Assembly (NCBI RefSeq): GCF_009914755.1
Contig: NC_060941.1
From: the human T2T-CHM13v2.0 reference genome, Homo sapiens
Reading direction: 5' to 3' (one strand)
Length of the DNA stretch: 64,000 nucleotides
Part shown: positions 62,984-64,000 of the stretch, piece by piece
How the letters are laid out: each line of letters starts with the position of its first letter
Position numbering within the stretch: position 1 is the first letter of the stretch
Made by a program: the position numbers and the translations under genes
Notes under the pieces: model-generated
What the model saw: only the letters and a program-made list of their open reading frames with translations
Database searches by the model: none
What the model was told of the DNA's origin: nothing

Positions 62984-64000
62984 CTAAATCTGATACATAA
63001 ATGAGCTCACCCATAGTTACACAGGTTGGAGAGGTGTAGCTGAGATTTGTACCCAGGGGGACAGCTGGTTCCAAGTACTGTCTTTGCACCAAACTTTGAT
63101 ATCCTATAGGGAGTTGTGAAGGTCTGTTTCCCTCCTTCCGTCCTTTTCTCCCTTCCTTCCTTCTTTCTTTCCTCCCACTTTCCTGGTTTGAGGATCCCAA
63201 ACTGGTTTTGTGGTTTTATTCTGCCCTTATACACTCTGTTCTACTTTTGTACACTCAATTTTTGCCATACAATTTCTAGGTCTTTATATCAAAGTAAGTT
63301 ACTCAGGTACAATTATAATTCCCATTTCATGAAAGGATCTTATTTGACTTTATGACTTACTAAGAAAATCCCAGAAGTATATAAAATCTTTGCAATTTGA
63401 ATGAGCCATCAAAGTTCAAAGAGAAAAAGAGTTGTTGGGTTGCCTCTTGATTCCTTCTTTCATCCTGCCTTCCTGCTTGATGCATCAGTGCACACACACA
63501 CACACACCGAGTTCATTTTTGTGTCATAGAGTTGTAGATTCTGCAGATCCCCTGTTTGAGTTTCTGCCTGCAGCCTCTTCCCTCCAAACAATGCAGTAAG
63601 CACCTTGGAGAGAACTCTCATTTCCTTTATTATAAAACTGCTATAAAGCTGTGATTCATTTGGAGACAAAATGATTTCCTGCTGAGACTTTATGCGAAGT
63701 GATTAGCAGGTACATAGGTAATAAGCTGACCTAATATCCACACCGCGTTTCCTTTTGCTCTTTCTACCATCTCCAGCCACTCTGCAGCCTCCTTTCATTC
63801 TGAGCCGAATTGGGTATCTTCCCTTTTAGCCCGGCTTGAATATGTGGTCACATAGGAGACCATTGGCCACATAAGGTCAGTGGCGATCAAAAGGTAAAGA
63901 AAACAGTCTTTTTCCAAATGACCTTTTGAGATTTTCATCTATGAACATCTGCTTTGTGCTCTCCCTTAATGAATTCCCAAGGTTCTTCTTTTAAGATGGG

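Overview
Primate (almost certainly human) genomic DNA. From protein recognition and recalled synteny it is the chr17p12 SHISA6-DNAH9 interval. The first ~2.5 kb looks like a terminal 3' UTR with tandem poly(A) signals (probably SHISA6). Next come ~34 kb of repeat-rich intergenic DNA (Alus, L1/L2/MIR, DNA transposons, nested ERV LTRs, TA-rich tandem repeats). A CpG-island promoter with two RFX X-boxes then precedes coding exons 1-6 of axonemal dynein heavy chain DNAH9 on the + strand (codons 1-450; all GT-AG junctions join into one open frame). I found no convincing novel protein-coding gene: nearly all other ORFs are repeat-derived or GC-rich shadows. The best leads are: (i) a composite ERVL insertion bounded by two inverted MLT2 5' ends with a 5-bp TSD; (ii) a switch in Alu polarity bracketing DNAH9 exons 2-5/2-6, which would give stop-free in-frame circRNAs; (iii) a re-created 5' splice site at exon 4 and a poison-exon candidate before exon 5; (iv) an overlapping uORF at the DNAH9 start; (v) structured TA-based VNTRs. 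These are hypotheses from sequence alone. Repeat subfamily names come from recalled consensus sequences and need RepeatMasker/Dfam confirmation.
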